Below are positions 1 through 12,334 of a DNA stretch of 61,610 bases, one piece after another (within the stretch, counting starts at the first letter, position 1; every line of letters begins with the position of its first letter). Source of the stretch: Chiloscyllium plagiosum (lineage: Eukaryota). The stretch covers positions 35,663,194 to 35,724,803 of the forward strand of contig NC_057720.1 in assembly GCF_004010195.1 (NCBI RefSeq), given 5' to 3'. Under the pieces are notes generated by a model. The model saw only the letters and a list, made by a program, of their open reading frames with translations, had not been told where the DNA came from and searched no databases. A program made the translations under genes and the position numbers.

Positions 1-561
1 GCGGAGGAATTGGGAATACAGGATGGCATTTTTGCAAGAGGTAGGGTGGGAAGAGGTGTAATCCAGGTAGCTGTGGGAGTCGGTAGGTTTGTAAAAAATG
101 TCAGTGTCAAGTCGGTCGTCATTAATGGAGATGGAGAGGTCCAGGAAGAGGAGAGAGGTGTCAGAGATGGTCCAGGTAAATTTAAGGTCCGGGTGGAATG
201 TGTTGGTGAAGTTGATGAATTGCTCAACCTCCTCACGGGAGCACGAGGTGGCGCCATTGCAGTCATCAATGTAGCGGAGGAAGAGGTGGGAAGTGGTGCC
301 GGTGTAAAATACGTAGCCAACAAAGAGACAGGCATAGCTGGGGCCCATACGTGTGCCCATGGCTACCCCTTCTCTTCAGTCTTCACCTCTGTACCGAACT
401 TGCGGTTTGAATTCAACCTCCTCACGGGAGCACGAGGTGGCGCCATTGCAGTCATCAATGTAGCGGAGGAAGAGGTGGGAAGTGGTGCCGGTGTAAAATA
501 CGTAGCCAACAAAGAGACAGGCATAGCTGGGGCCCATACGTGTGCCCATGGCTACCCCTTC
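1..561 (-). mobile_element. Penelope-like element, reverse transcriptase fragment (5'-truncated, partly duplicated, runs off the window start)
   Basis: Minus strand translates KGVAMGTRMGPSYACLFVGYV...HLFLRYIDDCNGATSCSREEVEQFINFTNTFHPDLKFTWTISDTSLLFLDLSISI...YKPTDSHSYLDYTSSHP...YSQFLR, a PLE RT with the YIDD motif. Bases 1-27 match the PLE at about 43646-43672. Confidence 0.9.
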
Positions 562-603
562 TCTTCAGTCTTCACCTCTGTACCGAACTTGCAGGTTTGA
601 ATT
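224..603. repeat. Direct tandem duplication, unit about 189 bp
   Basis: 224-412 is repeated at 413-603, identical apart from one inserted A (ttgcggtttga vs ttgcaggtttga). Confidence 0.95.
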
Positions 604-2459
604 AGAGTCTTTCATCACTGCCATTTATATTTTAGTTTTACTGTGTATCATTGTAGTCCATAAACTGAAGAGAAAGTTTTCTTGCCAATAAATTGTGCTA
701 TGTTGTCATCTCATGTAAGAATATTCACTTCATTGAACTAATATCATATTATGTTTTACTCAGGAATTCTTAAAAATTGGAATCTTTTATCAGGATATTC
801 ATTAGCTAATACAAAGAATATAGTCAGTGTGTTTTATTGAGGAATTCACTAGCCTGTAAAACATAATATCTGATGATATTTTATCAGAACATTGTAGCCA
901 GTTTCTTCTTATCTTTGAGGTTGGTGAAATATTCATTATGTATATGTATTTTATTGAGATTCTCCAGCCTTAATTGTGACATTCACTAACGTGTGTGTAT
1001 TTTGATATATCTCCATATCAAAACTGTATATAAACTCCTCTGTCACTCACTTCAGCTATTGCATTGTCACAAGCTTAAAAAAAATCTCAGTTTTACCTCC
1101 AATTTAGCTGATCATCTGTGAAGACCAATCAGCCTTGAATTGGTCCAAGGATGATGCAAAAAATGCTAACTGCCTTCAGGATTTATAATTAGAAAGGATT
1201 TACACTTTAAAAAGATATTTAAAAAAGAATGTTCGTCTCATGTCTAATTGACTCGAGGATCTACTAATACTAAACAGTCTCTCAATGACCTAAACTTGGA
1301 AAAGGTATTGCACTTTGGATTAACATACATTTAGTGTTGTATCTTGTGCTCTTTGTCTTTTTGAATCTGCACATACTCCTGTCCACTGTGGAAGTGCCAC
1401 TGGATATCATTAACATACTTACATAAGAAACAAGCTTTGCGGAGATATTCCGCAATTTGGACATGGAATAACATTACCTATTGCTCACTTTATAGCAAGG
1501 GAAAATTTGACCAGAAATCTCACGTTGTGAAAAATTGCTACCAATGCTGTCAGTGAAACCCACACTGAGACCAGCATGTGGATAGTATGATGCAAAGTTA
1601 TCTATGAATGATGTTCTGAGGAATACAGTTATCATTGGTCATGAAATGTTGCTTTATACAGAGGACAAGTACAAACACATTGCATCACAGTTCATTGTAT
1701 GAGGTGTTTGGAGAAACAGAAAATTACAACTAGCAAATCTCTGACTCAAGCAAAAAAGTATTTGAAAATAAGTGAAGATCATAGAGTAAATATTTGAGTG
1801 ATGAAAAGCATCTTTAATGTGTATATAGAGACATGAAAATTTAGGATTCAGTCATTGATTGTGAAGTAATGATTTTGGCAAGTACTTTCGACAGTAAATA
1901 GCTCACCAAGAATGGGTCAAAAGCTAGTATTTGTCAGTTTAACCTGTATTTAGCATGGTCCATCATTTTAAATGAGTTGAGGCCAGTGCTCAAAAAGGGC
2001 ATTAAAAGCTTGATTTCCACTTAAAATGCATGTTAGAGGATATTTGCTAGAGTTGCATGGGATTTTAGTGGCTGATGCTTTGAGTAACACCTTCTTGTGT
2101 CAGCATTAAACTGTCTGGGAGAAAACCTACAATGTTGAAGTCAATTTCAATTATTACTTCAAGGGATATTTGCTGCTCGAGCTTTGAAGAGAACCTCTTG
2201 CTCAGATCAGGAGACTTCTGAGGTCTATTGTCAAAGTATTCACCAGATGCCAAGCAACATTTACCTTGCAAATTCTGAGTTTCAAAATAAGTAAATGCTC
2301 TGTTGCTCTACCTTTTTGGACATCTTACAAGCATCGCCAGGAGGTTGTGAATACATGGTTGTTGACATTTTGCTAAAGATTCCTCTTTGTCTGCATAAGA
2401 ACTGAGAGGAGGATATGAAAACTGATGGAGTAGAACAAGGCACTGCAAGGACAGGAGGG

Positions 2460-2640
2460 CAAGGTGGTATTACCTTGTTTCTGCAGATACAGGATATCCA
2501 CTGTCACATCTGCACCCTCTCATTCAGTGCCTGAACCATCCTGCAGCATATTACTTTGTGCAAGCTAAAGCATTCCATGCTTTTAGTGAAAAATGGCTGA
2601 GTGTAATCCACATGTATGACTTTATGAATATTGTGCCTAA
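2460..2640 (+). mobile_element. Possible very decayed PIF/Harbinger transposase remnant
   Basis: Frameshifted pieces IQDIHCHI...FVQAKAFHAF...FMNIV loosely resemble VQGAIDCTH...NRKGFHS...IMNV. Confidence 0.25.
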
Positions 2641-3274
2641 TGAACACTTGAGTGCTGCCTCTGCAGGTGGCTATTTGCCTCCAAGCAATTTCAAACACTG
2701 TTAATCAGAAGTTAGGCCTAAAATTGTATACTATTTTAAAAAAGACTTTCAAACAGGTGCATCTTATTAGCATGGGACCTATTCAGCACCTGTTTTCACC
2801 CTTTGGCTAAAACAACTCCTTAAGAATCAAAAGAATCCACGGATGTCAGGTCGAGCACAGCCTTTTAAATCAGGACTACATCTGTCATCCCGTTATGTGG
2901 AACAAAAATGATTATGTGGTAGTTCTGTTAAATGGTATCAAATTATTAAGGCGAACAGGTAAGAATATTGTCCCGTCCTATTTTTTTTCATTTATGTGCT
3001 TGGTATCTTTGAAGCTTTTAGTTGGCCATGATGTGCAGATTCTTAAAGGGGACAACTTGCATGTGGACTGCAAGGTAAATTTCGAGTTGTTGTGTGGGTG
3101 TTAATGCGCATCGTTTTGGGGGAGCACTAACTGGGAGGAAACTATTTCTGCTGTTTGGGGAGTGCAACACTGGGGGCATAGTCAAAAAAATTGAAGCCAG
3201 ACTTTCAGGAGTGAAATCAAGAATCATTTCTTTGCAAAAAAAGGTGATAGAATTTGGAGCTCCCTTCTGCAATG

Positions 3275-3516
3275 TTAAAAATCACACAACACCAGGTTAT
3301 AGTCCAACAGGTTTAATTGGAAGCACTAGCTATCAGAGCGCTGCTCCTTCATCAGCTGGTTGTGGAGTACACAATTGTAAGACTCAGAAAATATAGCAAA
3401 AGTTTACAGTGTGATGTAACTGAAATTATACACTGAAAAATACCTTGATTGTTTGTTATGTCTCTCATCTGTTAGAATGACCATGTTAGTTTCACTTCTT
3501 TCATATGTAATGACAT
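3275..3516 (-). mobile_element. PLE 3'-end/pLTR fragment (family C) with degenerate hammerhead core
   Basis: Minus strand CTGATGA-A-GGAGC-agc-GCTCT-GATA-GCTA-GTG at about 3324-3355; 11-bp TSD cttctgcaatg at 3264-3274 and 3517-3527; same family at 57425-57530. Confidence 0.75.
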
Positions 3517-3574
3517 CTTCTGCAATGACAATTTTTTTAGATTCGTTGTTAATTTTAAGACTGAGCTTGATGGA

Positions 3575-3668
3575 TTTTGTTAACTTATCATTAAGGGATA
3601 TCAGCTGTGATCATATTGAATGGTAGAACATGTTCAATGGGCTAAATGGCCTCCCCCTGTTTCTCTGG
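3575..3668 (+). mobile_element. Old CR1 LINE 3' tail
   Basis: atcagctgtgatcatattgaatggtagaac...gggctaaatggcctccccctgtttct matches the CR1 tails at about 13225-13290, 30050-30115 and 46370-46450. Confidence 0.6.
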
Positions 3669-4329
3669 TATTGATGGGCCCTGTGATTTGATGATACTTT
3701 TTCTAAACAAAGGTTGCGATATGCCATGGATCACTCTGTTTTCCAAATAGGGACAAACCAAAGTGCATCAAGGTATCCTAAGTGAAATATAAGCTGAATT
3801 AATGTATAGATTTTTAACATAAATACAAGAAATGTTGAATTAAAAACAATATTTAACTCAATATTTAATTCCTTCCTCAGATCTCTTATAGCTGCCATGT
3901 TGTTTGTTTATTCCCATTTAATCACCTGAAGGAAAGTTTGCCAAAGATCAAGCAAAATTTTACACCATTACTTGAACCAGTTAAAAGAAGTGGAATATAT
4001 TTTTAAAATGGATATTCGAAAGTAAAACTAACATTCTGGAGTATTTCTTCAATTGTATGTGCTTTTAGGAGAATCATTGATTTCTTGCAAGTATTCTACA
4101 AGTTATTAAATTTGTACATATGAGCAGTAAGGAAAAACTTTCTCCTCTATGACATACTTCATTGAATCATGTTTGATCACTTGGCTTGGTGGTAATAATA
4201 AAGTACAGCATAAATTGGGCCATAAAATTACAGCATGAGGTTGAATTCAACCCTGGTATTGCTAATGGCCCACAGTGCCTTGTGTATGCTCAGTCTTTAG
4301 TTGCCATTTCTATTTGAAATCTATTCCTT

Positions 4330-4725
4330 TCAACATGCTGGTAGTGGTTTACCCTACCTCAATGTGACAACAGGACTTTGTCTTCACAAAGATTAGGAGT
4401 GTTGCTACCAAGTCACTCTTGGTGATAGACATTGAAGTCCTCCACCTGGCATATATCATGCATTCTTGCCACCCTAAGTGCACCGCTGGTTTGTGCTCAA
4501 CTTAGAGTAGAATTCATTCATCAGCTGAGGTTAGGATCTCTCCGCTATCTTCCAACTATATACCACTGAAGTATCACATCTGCTGGATCTGTCCTGATGA
4601 GAGTACAGGATTCAGGCAGGGATGGTGTTAATAGTGTCTGGGCCATTGACTGAAAGTTATGATTCCATGCTTAAATGGTCTGGAGGACAACTCTCCCAAT
4701 TTTGACACAGGCCCCCTGATGTATT
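4330..4725 (-). mobile_element. Decayed LINE fragment, probably the endonuclease region of the second LINE family
   Basis: Degenerate resemblance to a shark LINE APE region (ttgaagtcctccacc, tccgctatcttcc, gtcctgatgagagtacagg); no intact ORF. Confidence 0.4.
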
Positions 4726-5466
4726 CTTTTAAGTATTAAAATTGGAGGAAACTTTCTGTTATCTTGCTGTCGTTGCCAATGTTCATATCTGCAGGAGTAT
4801 GGTTTATCCTAAGAGCCATTAATTGGTGCCCAGGTTACCAAATGTCCCCTGCAAAGAAGAATTCATTTTCATGGCATTGCAGGAAGATTCTCAATACAGT
4901 TTTCAAGCCAGTTCTACATTATTATTCTTTGTTTTTCCCTTTTGTTCTTGTTTTCTGCTGTCTCTTCCCCCAGTTTGTGGAATGCCAGCATTGCTTCAGA
5001 ATTCTATAAATGATATGAGATCTCAGTTTATGCATTTAAACAGGCTCCTGTTTATTTTGAGTGGGACTATGTCCCTTTTTTTTGCTGACTCAAAATGCAG
5101 TGGGCTGAATGTTGACAGGAGTAGACAGTAGGTAGTACACCATTATATTCAAAACATTACAGCTCTGTTCCTGTTTGGAAATGGGAAAAACTGAGCCTCC
5201 TGGTTGTTGAATTGCAAACACGGAGGAGTTGCAATAATTTTCAAAGTGGCTTTTTGCTCAAGGGAAACAATCTTAGTATTTTAAAAATTCGGATTTCGGA
5301 GACTGAATTGTTCTCAGACATGTTATTGTTGGCAGTAGCATATTTTACCCAATGTCTTGTTAGTATAATGTTGCACAGCTGAGTATAAAGTTATCACTGT
5401 ACGAGTCAACAGATATCTTAATTCCTGAAGAAATATGTAGGCAGTGATAGGTTGATACTACTTACA

Positions 5467-5550
5467 GATGATGGAAATGTGTTGCTGGAAAAGCGCAGCA
5501 GGTCAGGCAGCATCTAGGGAACAGGAGAATCGACGTTTCGGGCATTAGCC
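5467..5550 (-). mobile_element. Short non-autonomous PLE-end insertion (family A)
   Basis: gttgctggaaaagcgcagcaggtcaggcagcatc...gaatcgacgtttcgggcattagccc; 9-bp TSD ctacttaca at 5458-5466 and 5551-5559. Confidence 0.85.
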
Positions 5551-6868
5551 CTACTTACACTCGAAACAACAACGGCTTGCAATGATATAGCACCTTTAAA
5601 ATGGTTTTAAACGTCCTACGTTACTTTATGGGAATGTAATCAGACAAAGACACTTTGAATCTGCACAGCTATGTGAGGTAGAAAACTTTCAACCCATTCA
5701 TTTCCAAGTCAAAGTGAGTGCCGAAGAGTAAGTTTTATTTTCCTGTACATCCTGATGCAAGCTCCAAGTTCTAATTGACAGCTACAGTGCAATACAAAAA
5801 GTCACTTCTTGGGAACTGCTTGAACAATTGAAATGGCCCAACTGAATGCCTGAAATGGATTGTTGTGTCGAAATGTTGACATGCTTTTCTTTATAATGGA
5901 AAGAATTTTATTCAAAAAGCCTACCAGCTAAAAAAAAAGGATTCAGGACTAAACTAATGTTTCAGCAAGTTCTGACCAAAACGTTTAAATACACTTTGAG
6001 TTTACTGCATGACTTAAAGTAACATGGCAGTACATGATCAAAATTAGAGTAAAATCTACCAGCACAACTGAACTTGCTGGAATATGGACTGCTCTGTGTC
6101 AAACTGGAAAATAGGACACCTTTTTGTATTATATTGTGATTTAAGCTCTGTGTTGGAATAGTTGCTATCTCTCTGTGCGATTGCTAATCATCACAGGTAA
6201 AAGGAGGAGAGAAAATCATAGTGATATTTTCTTTAGTCCTATTAACATTTTCTTCATTTCGTTGTCTTCTATTTGTGATTTTGGGTGTATCTCGCATATT
6301 GGCTGGCTTGTGAATAACTTTGAGGTTTCTTTGCTTTGGAAGTCCAAGGACAAACCCTTTCTCATTTTCTGCAGCCATTACGTAATCAAAATTGAACTCT
6401 GAAGGGAAGATTTGTTCTATTCTTGCATTTGTAAAACTCCTGAAATCAGTCACAAATTCTTGACATTCCACAGTGTATAATGTACACTGACAGTTTGATG
6501 TTATTTCTGATTCTCTATGGTTGTATCACAAAGATATGTAGCACATTGATAACAACTGCATTGAAAACTATTGACTACAAAGTTGATGAAAAGAAGACTA
6601 CAACAGTCAAATCAGGATATAATTTAACTGGCATTGTCAGCACACTGTCTGACTTTATGTGACAAAGACTAGGCACTTGCAAGAGACTGACAGTTGCATT
6701 GCTGCACAGTCCACTAACAACAACTTCCTCCTTCTCAAAAAAAAACCCAGAGCTAAGATTAAATTTGGTTTATGTTATTTGCACCGTACTTGCTTTCATT
6801 TCCAATCCCAGGGGAGCATCATATAATGCATTGTGATACCAAAATTTGGCCACTCTCAATTATTTGCC

Positions 6869-6921
6869 AACTTCCATTATCCGCCAGGGGGCCCCTTCCA
6901 TTATGGCAGATAATGGAGGTT
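6869..6921. repeat. Short inverted repeat (18-bp arms), MITE-like
   Basis: aacttccattatccgcca (6869-6886) and tggcagataatggaggtt (6904-6921), 2 mismatches. Confidence 0.7.
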
Positions 6922-6961
6922 CCAATATTATAAATAATAACAAATACCAAGGGAGCAGTTT

Positions 6962-7070
6962 AAAGGCAGTAATCTAATCTGGGATATTTGGATAACAGTT
7001 ACAAACCTCTTGAGCTTCTCTCACATAGCTGATGACATCATCCAAACCTCCCGATTAGATTATTGCCTTT
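6962..7070. repeat. Inverted repeat (about 31-bp arms), MITE-like
   Basis: aaaggcagtaatctaatctgggatatttggat (6962-6993) pairs imperfectly with atccaaacctcccgattagattattgccttt (7040-7070). Confidence 0.7.
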
Positions 7071-8049
7071 CATAATCACTCCTAGTTACCCCTTATTCTC
7101 TGTATATTATGATAATTTTAAAATGGTAAGAGCATCAGAAAACATGCATTGTGCAACCTCCTGAAGATTAATGTGGTCAGCAAATATTAGCTCTAAATTA
7201 TTCCTGCATGACACAACTGCATTCTCAAGTTACTGTTGCCAGTTTGCTTCAGCTCTCAGCCACAACTTAATGAAAAAAAACAAAGTTGTTATTTGTGCTC
7301 TTAGTGTGATTCAATCACGGCAAATATTTATACGGTCAGGTTACTCGGCCAGGCTCCCATTACAACTGGACAAGGTAAAAATTACCAAGAAAAATGTGAA
7401 TGTTGGCTCCAGTCGGGTGTTGATAGCAATCACTGATGATCGGATAAATTGTTTCTGAGGTATTTGATTACGATATGATGCACCCATTTACTAATCTCTT
7501 CATCTTTGGTCAGCCACATTACACTTCACATAGGAAGATAGATATCTTCTTTAGGGTCTGCGAGTGTTTCATGCCATTTCACAGGAATTTATTTTCTGAT
7601 TGCTGTACTTAACTCTTCAACCCAAATGCACAATATTTTTCAATAAGATCAGGTTATGATTGGCAGTATTTCTTCATCTTTAAATTTTAAGATTTGTTGG
7701 CATGTTATTTGCATAACCATGTTGGGAAGATGTTTGTGATATCAGAAAAGTAATTTTTTTTTTAACCAATGTGTTTTTCCACTTTTTTGGTGTGCTGTCA
7801 CAGATTGTTATACTTCAGTAGTGGGGATTCAATTGATTAAAGTTAAAATAATTTGATTATAAATGAAATTTACTTCCTCCAAGTTTGGGCCCTTCGGACC
7901 ACTCCAGAATTCTAGTGCAGAACCTGTAGTAGATTGCTGCAGATAGCATCAAGTGGAAAATCCAAATTACTGGTTCTGAATGAGGGCAAATCAGGCATAG
8001 CAGCCTTTCTGAACAATTATGTTGCTGCTTCTGAAGTGAAGAAACAGTA

Positions 8050-8400
8050 ATCATAGAATCCCTACAATGTAGAAGCAGGTCATTCGGCCCATCGAGCTCA
8101 CGCCAACTTTTCGAAGAGCATCCCACCCAGACCCATCCCATGCCTGTAACCCAGCATTTCCCTTGGCTGATCCACGTAGTCTGCACGTCCCTGGGCACTA
8201 TGGGCAATTTACCATGGTCAATGCACCTAATCTGCATATCTTTGGACTGTGTGAGAGGAAACCAATGCAACCGCAGAAATTTCACACACGACATGAGGAG
8301 AATGCATGGAGTTTGCACAGACAGTTGCCTGAGGGTGGAATCGAACCCAGATCCCTAATGCTGTGAGGCAACCGTGCTAACACTGAGCCACTACGCTGCA
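8050..8400 (-). mobile_element. HE1-type tRNA-derived V-SINE
   Basis: Minus-strand head gcagcgtagtggctcagtgttagcac (A box) and gggttcgattcc (B box); core ctgtgcaaactccatgcattctcc; CR1-like tail gggccgaatgacctgcttctacattgtagggattctatg. Confidence 0.85.
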
Positions 8401-9409
8401 AAAATGATGTTTGTTGGGATGGATGGCATAACCATTAAGGATCAGCTAACTGCTAAAGAAACACTGAATTATAAAAGAAAACACTGAGGAAGAAGCAATG
8501 TACAAGAAGAAAAAGAAAAGACCCATATTAGAATGATCTGATTTACATATATCCTACGATAGCCAATACTTAGGCTTCATCAGAACTAGCAATTGTCCAG
8601 ATTTATTTATATGAATACAAAATCCTGTCAACAAAACTTAACAGTTTATCTGAGTGACTGATGATTTAAAGTCTCAACATAGTGTTCAATGCTTCTGACA
8701 GTGTCAGGCTCAGAGCAGCAAGAACTTTTACTAATAAGAATGAGCCAAAATATTTTTAATTTGAAAATTGTTGTTGGTTAAACTAAAACATTATTGACTC
8801 TCCTGTCAACATCTACAATTAGGGAATAGTGGTCCTTTAATGAGACCAATGAGATAAAAGGAACATTTTTCCCTCTGCAGGCAAACAACCATTAAAAACC
8901 ATCTTCTGTGTTTGTTCAATAAACGGAGGCACTTCGAGACATTACATTAAAACAATAATCGACTGAGAGGAAGCACTATTGACGAACAATGCATTTCAGA
9001 ATTTAATTAGAGTCAACCACTTTTCTCAAACTGTTATCTCTTGTGGTGTTGTTTGAACGAGAGTGCTAAACAGAATATAGGTCATTTCACAGGCTGAGAC
9101 ACAAAAGCTAAGCATTGCCAAACTGTTATTCTTTTCATGCTCTGCCCACATTTACAAAAGTGCTGCTCGTTTTATGAATGTAGATAAAATAAGTAGATCT
9201 TATCAAATTTCATGGCTATTGTCTATTAAGATTAAAATTAAAATGGACAGGTGATTCCAATGCATGACTGCCTGCACTAGTTGCTTCCAATGCAGTCAGT
9301 ATACAAACCTTAAGTCACCTGCTCATTTAACTGTTTACAACATGCAGCGAGTGCTGTTGTGTGGCTGCACATCTAAGCAGGGGACACACCAGGCTATCAC
9401 AAGTTCAAT

Positions 9410-10320
9410 AGATGTTTTCAAATTTCACTGGATTAAGGAGACATTCCAATGAACTGGAAAGTAACAAACATAAATTCTCCTTTTCAAGAAGGGAGTGAAG
9501 CAAAGTAGGAAACTATAGACCAGTAAACTCAATGTCGATTGTGGAGATAGTAGCGAGCTTTGAGAAGATTTGTAGCTCAGGTTGAGGTTCTGGATGTAGG
9601 TTTGCTCACTGAGCTGGAAGTTTCGTTTTCAGACATTTCATCACCATACTAGTGATATCTTCAGTGAGCCTCCGAATAAAGCACTGGTGGTGTAGTCCAC
9701 TTTCTATTTATATGTTTGGGTTTCCTTGGGTTAGTGATGTTATTTCCTGTGGTGACATCATTTTCTATGGTGATTTCATTTCCTGTCCTGTGGGTCGTAA
9801 ATGTGATCCAAGTCATTTGTGAGATGGTGATGGATTCAATCATCAAAGAGGTTACAGTTGGGTATTTGGCAAAATTCAGTGTAATTTGAAAGAGTCAGTA
9901 TGGTTTTGTGAAAAGGAAATCAGGTTTAGCCAATTTATTATAATTATTTGAACAAATAACATGTGCTGTGGATTAAAAAGAGTGTTTCAGTTTAAATCAG
10001 CTTATGCTATTATGTTTAGTTTTCCAGAATGTTTTTGACAAAGTGCTATAAAAAAAGTTATTGTGGAAAAGAAATGTCAGTAGAGTAGTGAGTAACATAC
10101 AAGCCTCAATAGAAAATTGACTGAGCGACAAAAAAGAGGAAGTATGCATAAATGGATCTTGTTCAGATTGGCAGGATGTGATAAGTACGGTCCTGCATGA
10201 GTCTATGCTGGGATCTCAACATAGTATCAATTATAATATGTTTTTATGACTTATATAAGAGGATCAAAGTCTAAATTTATAGATCTTAGAAAGATAGGGA
10301 GGAAAGTATAGTGTGAAGTT
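9410..10320 (+). mobile_element. Old CR1 LINE, RT region (5' part, interrupted by later insertions)
   Basis: Decayed motifs PxxWKxxN..LFKKG...NYRPV, GFVKxKS, F..VFDKV and W.DV.S.V...S.LG. Confidence 0.7.
9555..9800 (-). mobile_element. PLE 3'-end fragment (family D) with hammerhead core, nested in the old CR1
   Basis: Minus strand tca-CTGAAGA-T-ATCAC-tagtatg-GTGAT-GAAA-TGTC-tga at about 9629-9667; degenerate TSD ttgtggagatagt / ttgtgagatggt. Confidence 0.7.
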
Positions 10321-10361
10321 TTTCTTCTTCCCCGGTAAGTGGGCTTTGCTGAGCCAGCATT

Positions 10362-12310
10362 TAGAGTCATAGTGATGTACAGCATGGAAACAGACCCTTC
10401 GGTCCAACCTGTCCATGCCGACCAGATATCCCAACGCAATCTTGTCTCACCTGCCAGCACCCGGCCCATATCCCTCCAAACCCTTCCTGTTCATATACAT
10501 CCAAATACCTCTTCAATGTTGCAATTGTACCAGCCTTCACCACATCCTCTGGCAGCTCATTCCATACACGTACCACCCTCTGCGTGAAAAAGTTGCCCCT
10601 TAGGTCTCTTTTATATATTTCCCCCCTCACCCTAAACCTATGCCCTCTAGGTATGGACTTCCCGACCCCAGGGAAAAGACTTTGCCTATTCACCCTATCC
10701 ATGTCCCTCATAATTTTGTAAACCTCTATAAGGTCACCCCTCAGCCTCAGATGCTCCAGGGAAAACAGTCCTAGCCTGTTCAGCCTCTCCCTATAGCTCA
10801 AATCCTCCAACCCTGGCAACGTCCTTGTAAGTCTTTTCTGAACCCTTTCAAGTTTCACAACATATTTCCGATAGGAAGGAGACCAGAATTGCACGCAATA
10901 TTCCAACAGTGGCCTAACCAATGACCTCCCAACTCCTGTACTCAATACTCTGACCAATAAAGGAAAGCATACCAAACGCCTTCTTCACTATCCTATCTCC
11001 TTGTGACTCCACTTTGAAGGAGCTATGAGCCTGCACTCCAAGATCTCTTTGTTCAGCAACACTCCCTAGGACCTTACCATTAAGTGTATAAGTCCTGCTA
11101 AGATTTGCTTTCCCAAAATGCAGCACCTCGCATTTACCTGAATTAAACTCCATCTGCCTCTTCTCAACCCATTGGCTCATCTGGTCTAGATCCTGTTGTA
11201 ATCTGAGGTAACCTTCTTCGCTGTCCACGACACCTCCAATTTTGGTGTCATCTGCAAACTTACTAACTGTACCTCTTATGCTCGCATCCAAATCATTTAT
11301 CTAAATTACAAAAAGTAGAGGACCCAGCACTGATCCTTGTGGCACTCCACTAATCACAGGCCTCCAGTCTGAAAAACAACCCTCCACCACCACCCTCTGT
11401 CTTCTACCTTTGAGCCAGTTCTGTATCCAAATGGCTAGTTCTCCCTGTATTCCATGAGATCTAACCTTACTAATCAGTCTCCCATGGGGAACCTTGTCGA
11501 ACGCCTTACNNNNNNNNNNNNNNNNNNNNNNNNNNNNNNNNNNNNNNNNNNNNNNNNNNNNNNNNNNNNNNNNNNNNNNNNNNNNNNNNNNNNNNNNNNN
11601 NNNNNNNNNNNNNNNNNNNNNNNNNNNNNNNNNNNNNNNNNNNNNNNNNNNNNNNNNNNNNNNNNNNNNNNNNNNNNNNNNNNNNNNNNNNNNNNNNNNN
11701 NNNNNNNNNNNNNNNNNNNNNNNNNNNNNNNNNNNNNNNNNNNNNNNNNNNNNNNNNNNNNNNNNNNNNNNNNNNNNNNNNNNNNATTTCCGGGAATATC
11801 CTCCCTCAGCACAGCTGTAATGCTATCCCTTATCAAAAATGCCACTCCCCCTCCTCTCTTGCCTCCCTTTCTATCCTTCCTGTAGCATTTGTATCCTGGA
11901 ACATTAAGCTGCCAGTTCTGCCCATCCCTGAGCCATGTTTCTGTAATTGCTATGATATCCCAGTCCCATGTTCCTAACCATGCCCTGATTTCATCTGCCT
12001 TCCCTGTTAGGCCCCTTGCATTGAAGTAAATGGAGTTTAATTTATTAGTCCTACCTTGTCCCTGCCTTCTCTGACTATTTGACTCACTTTTGTTCTCAAC
12101 TGTACCAGTCTCAGATTGATCTCTTTCCTCACTATCTCCCTGGGTCACACCCCTCCACCTTACTCGTTTAAATTCTCCCAAGCAGTTCTAGTAAATTTCC
12201 CTGTCAGTATATTAGTCCCCTTCCAATTTAGGTGCAATCCGACCTTCTTGTACACTTCTACCACAAAAGAGATTCCAATGATCCAAAAATGTGAATACAC
12301 CAGCTCCTCA
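10362..12310 (-). mobile_element. CR1/HER1-type LINE, relatively young: ORF1 end, APE start, gap, RT C-terminus and 3' tail
   Basis: ORF 11474-12181 has the APE N-terminus YFNARGL...DIIAITETWL...YRKDRKGGKRGGGVA; ORF 10914-11291 has SKFADDTKIGG; ORF 10367-10975 has [13 protein letters not shown]...LRGDLIEVYKIM; tail ends in ctatgactcta. Confidence 0.95.
11510..11785. other. Assembly gap (276 N)
   Basis: Run of N. Confidence 1.
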
Positions 12311-12334
12311 GCCTTATTGCCCAACTCCAATTGA

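Noticed and set aside
10..600. 196-aa plus-strand ORF with an internal repeat as a novel gene
   Set aside because: It is the antisense of a Penelope RT fragment, lengthened by the tandem duplication.
1108..1188. Possible terminal exon LIICEDQSALNWSKDDAKNANCLQDL*
   Set aside because: Short, unrecognised and compatible with chance.
11454..11885. ORFs running through X residues
   Set aside because: They are artefacts of the N gap.
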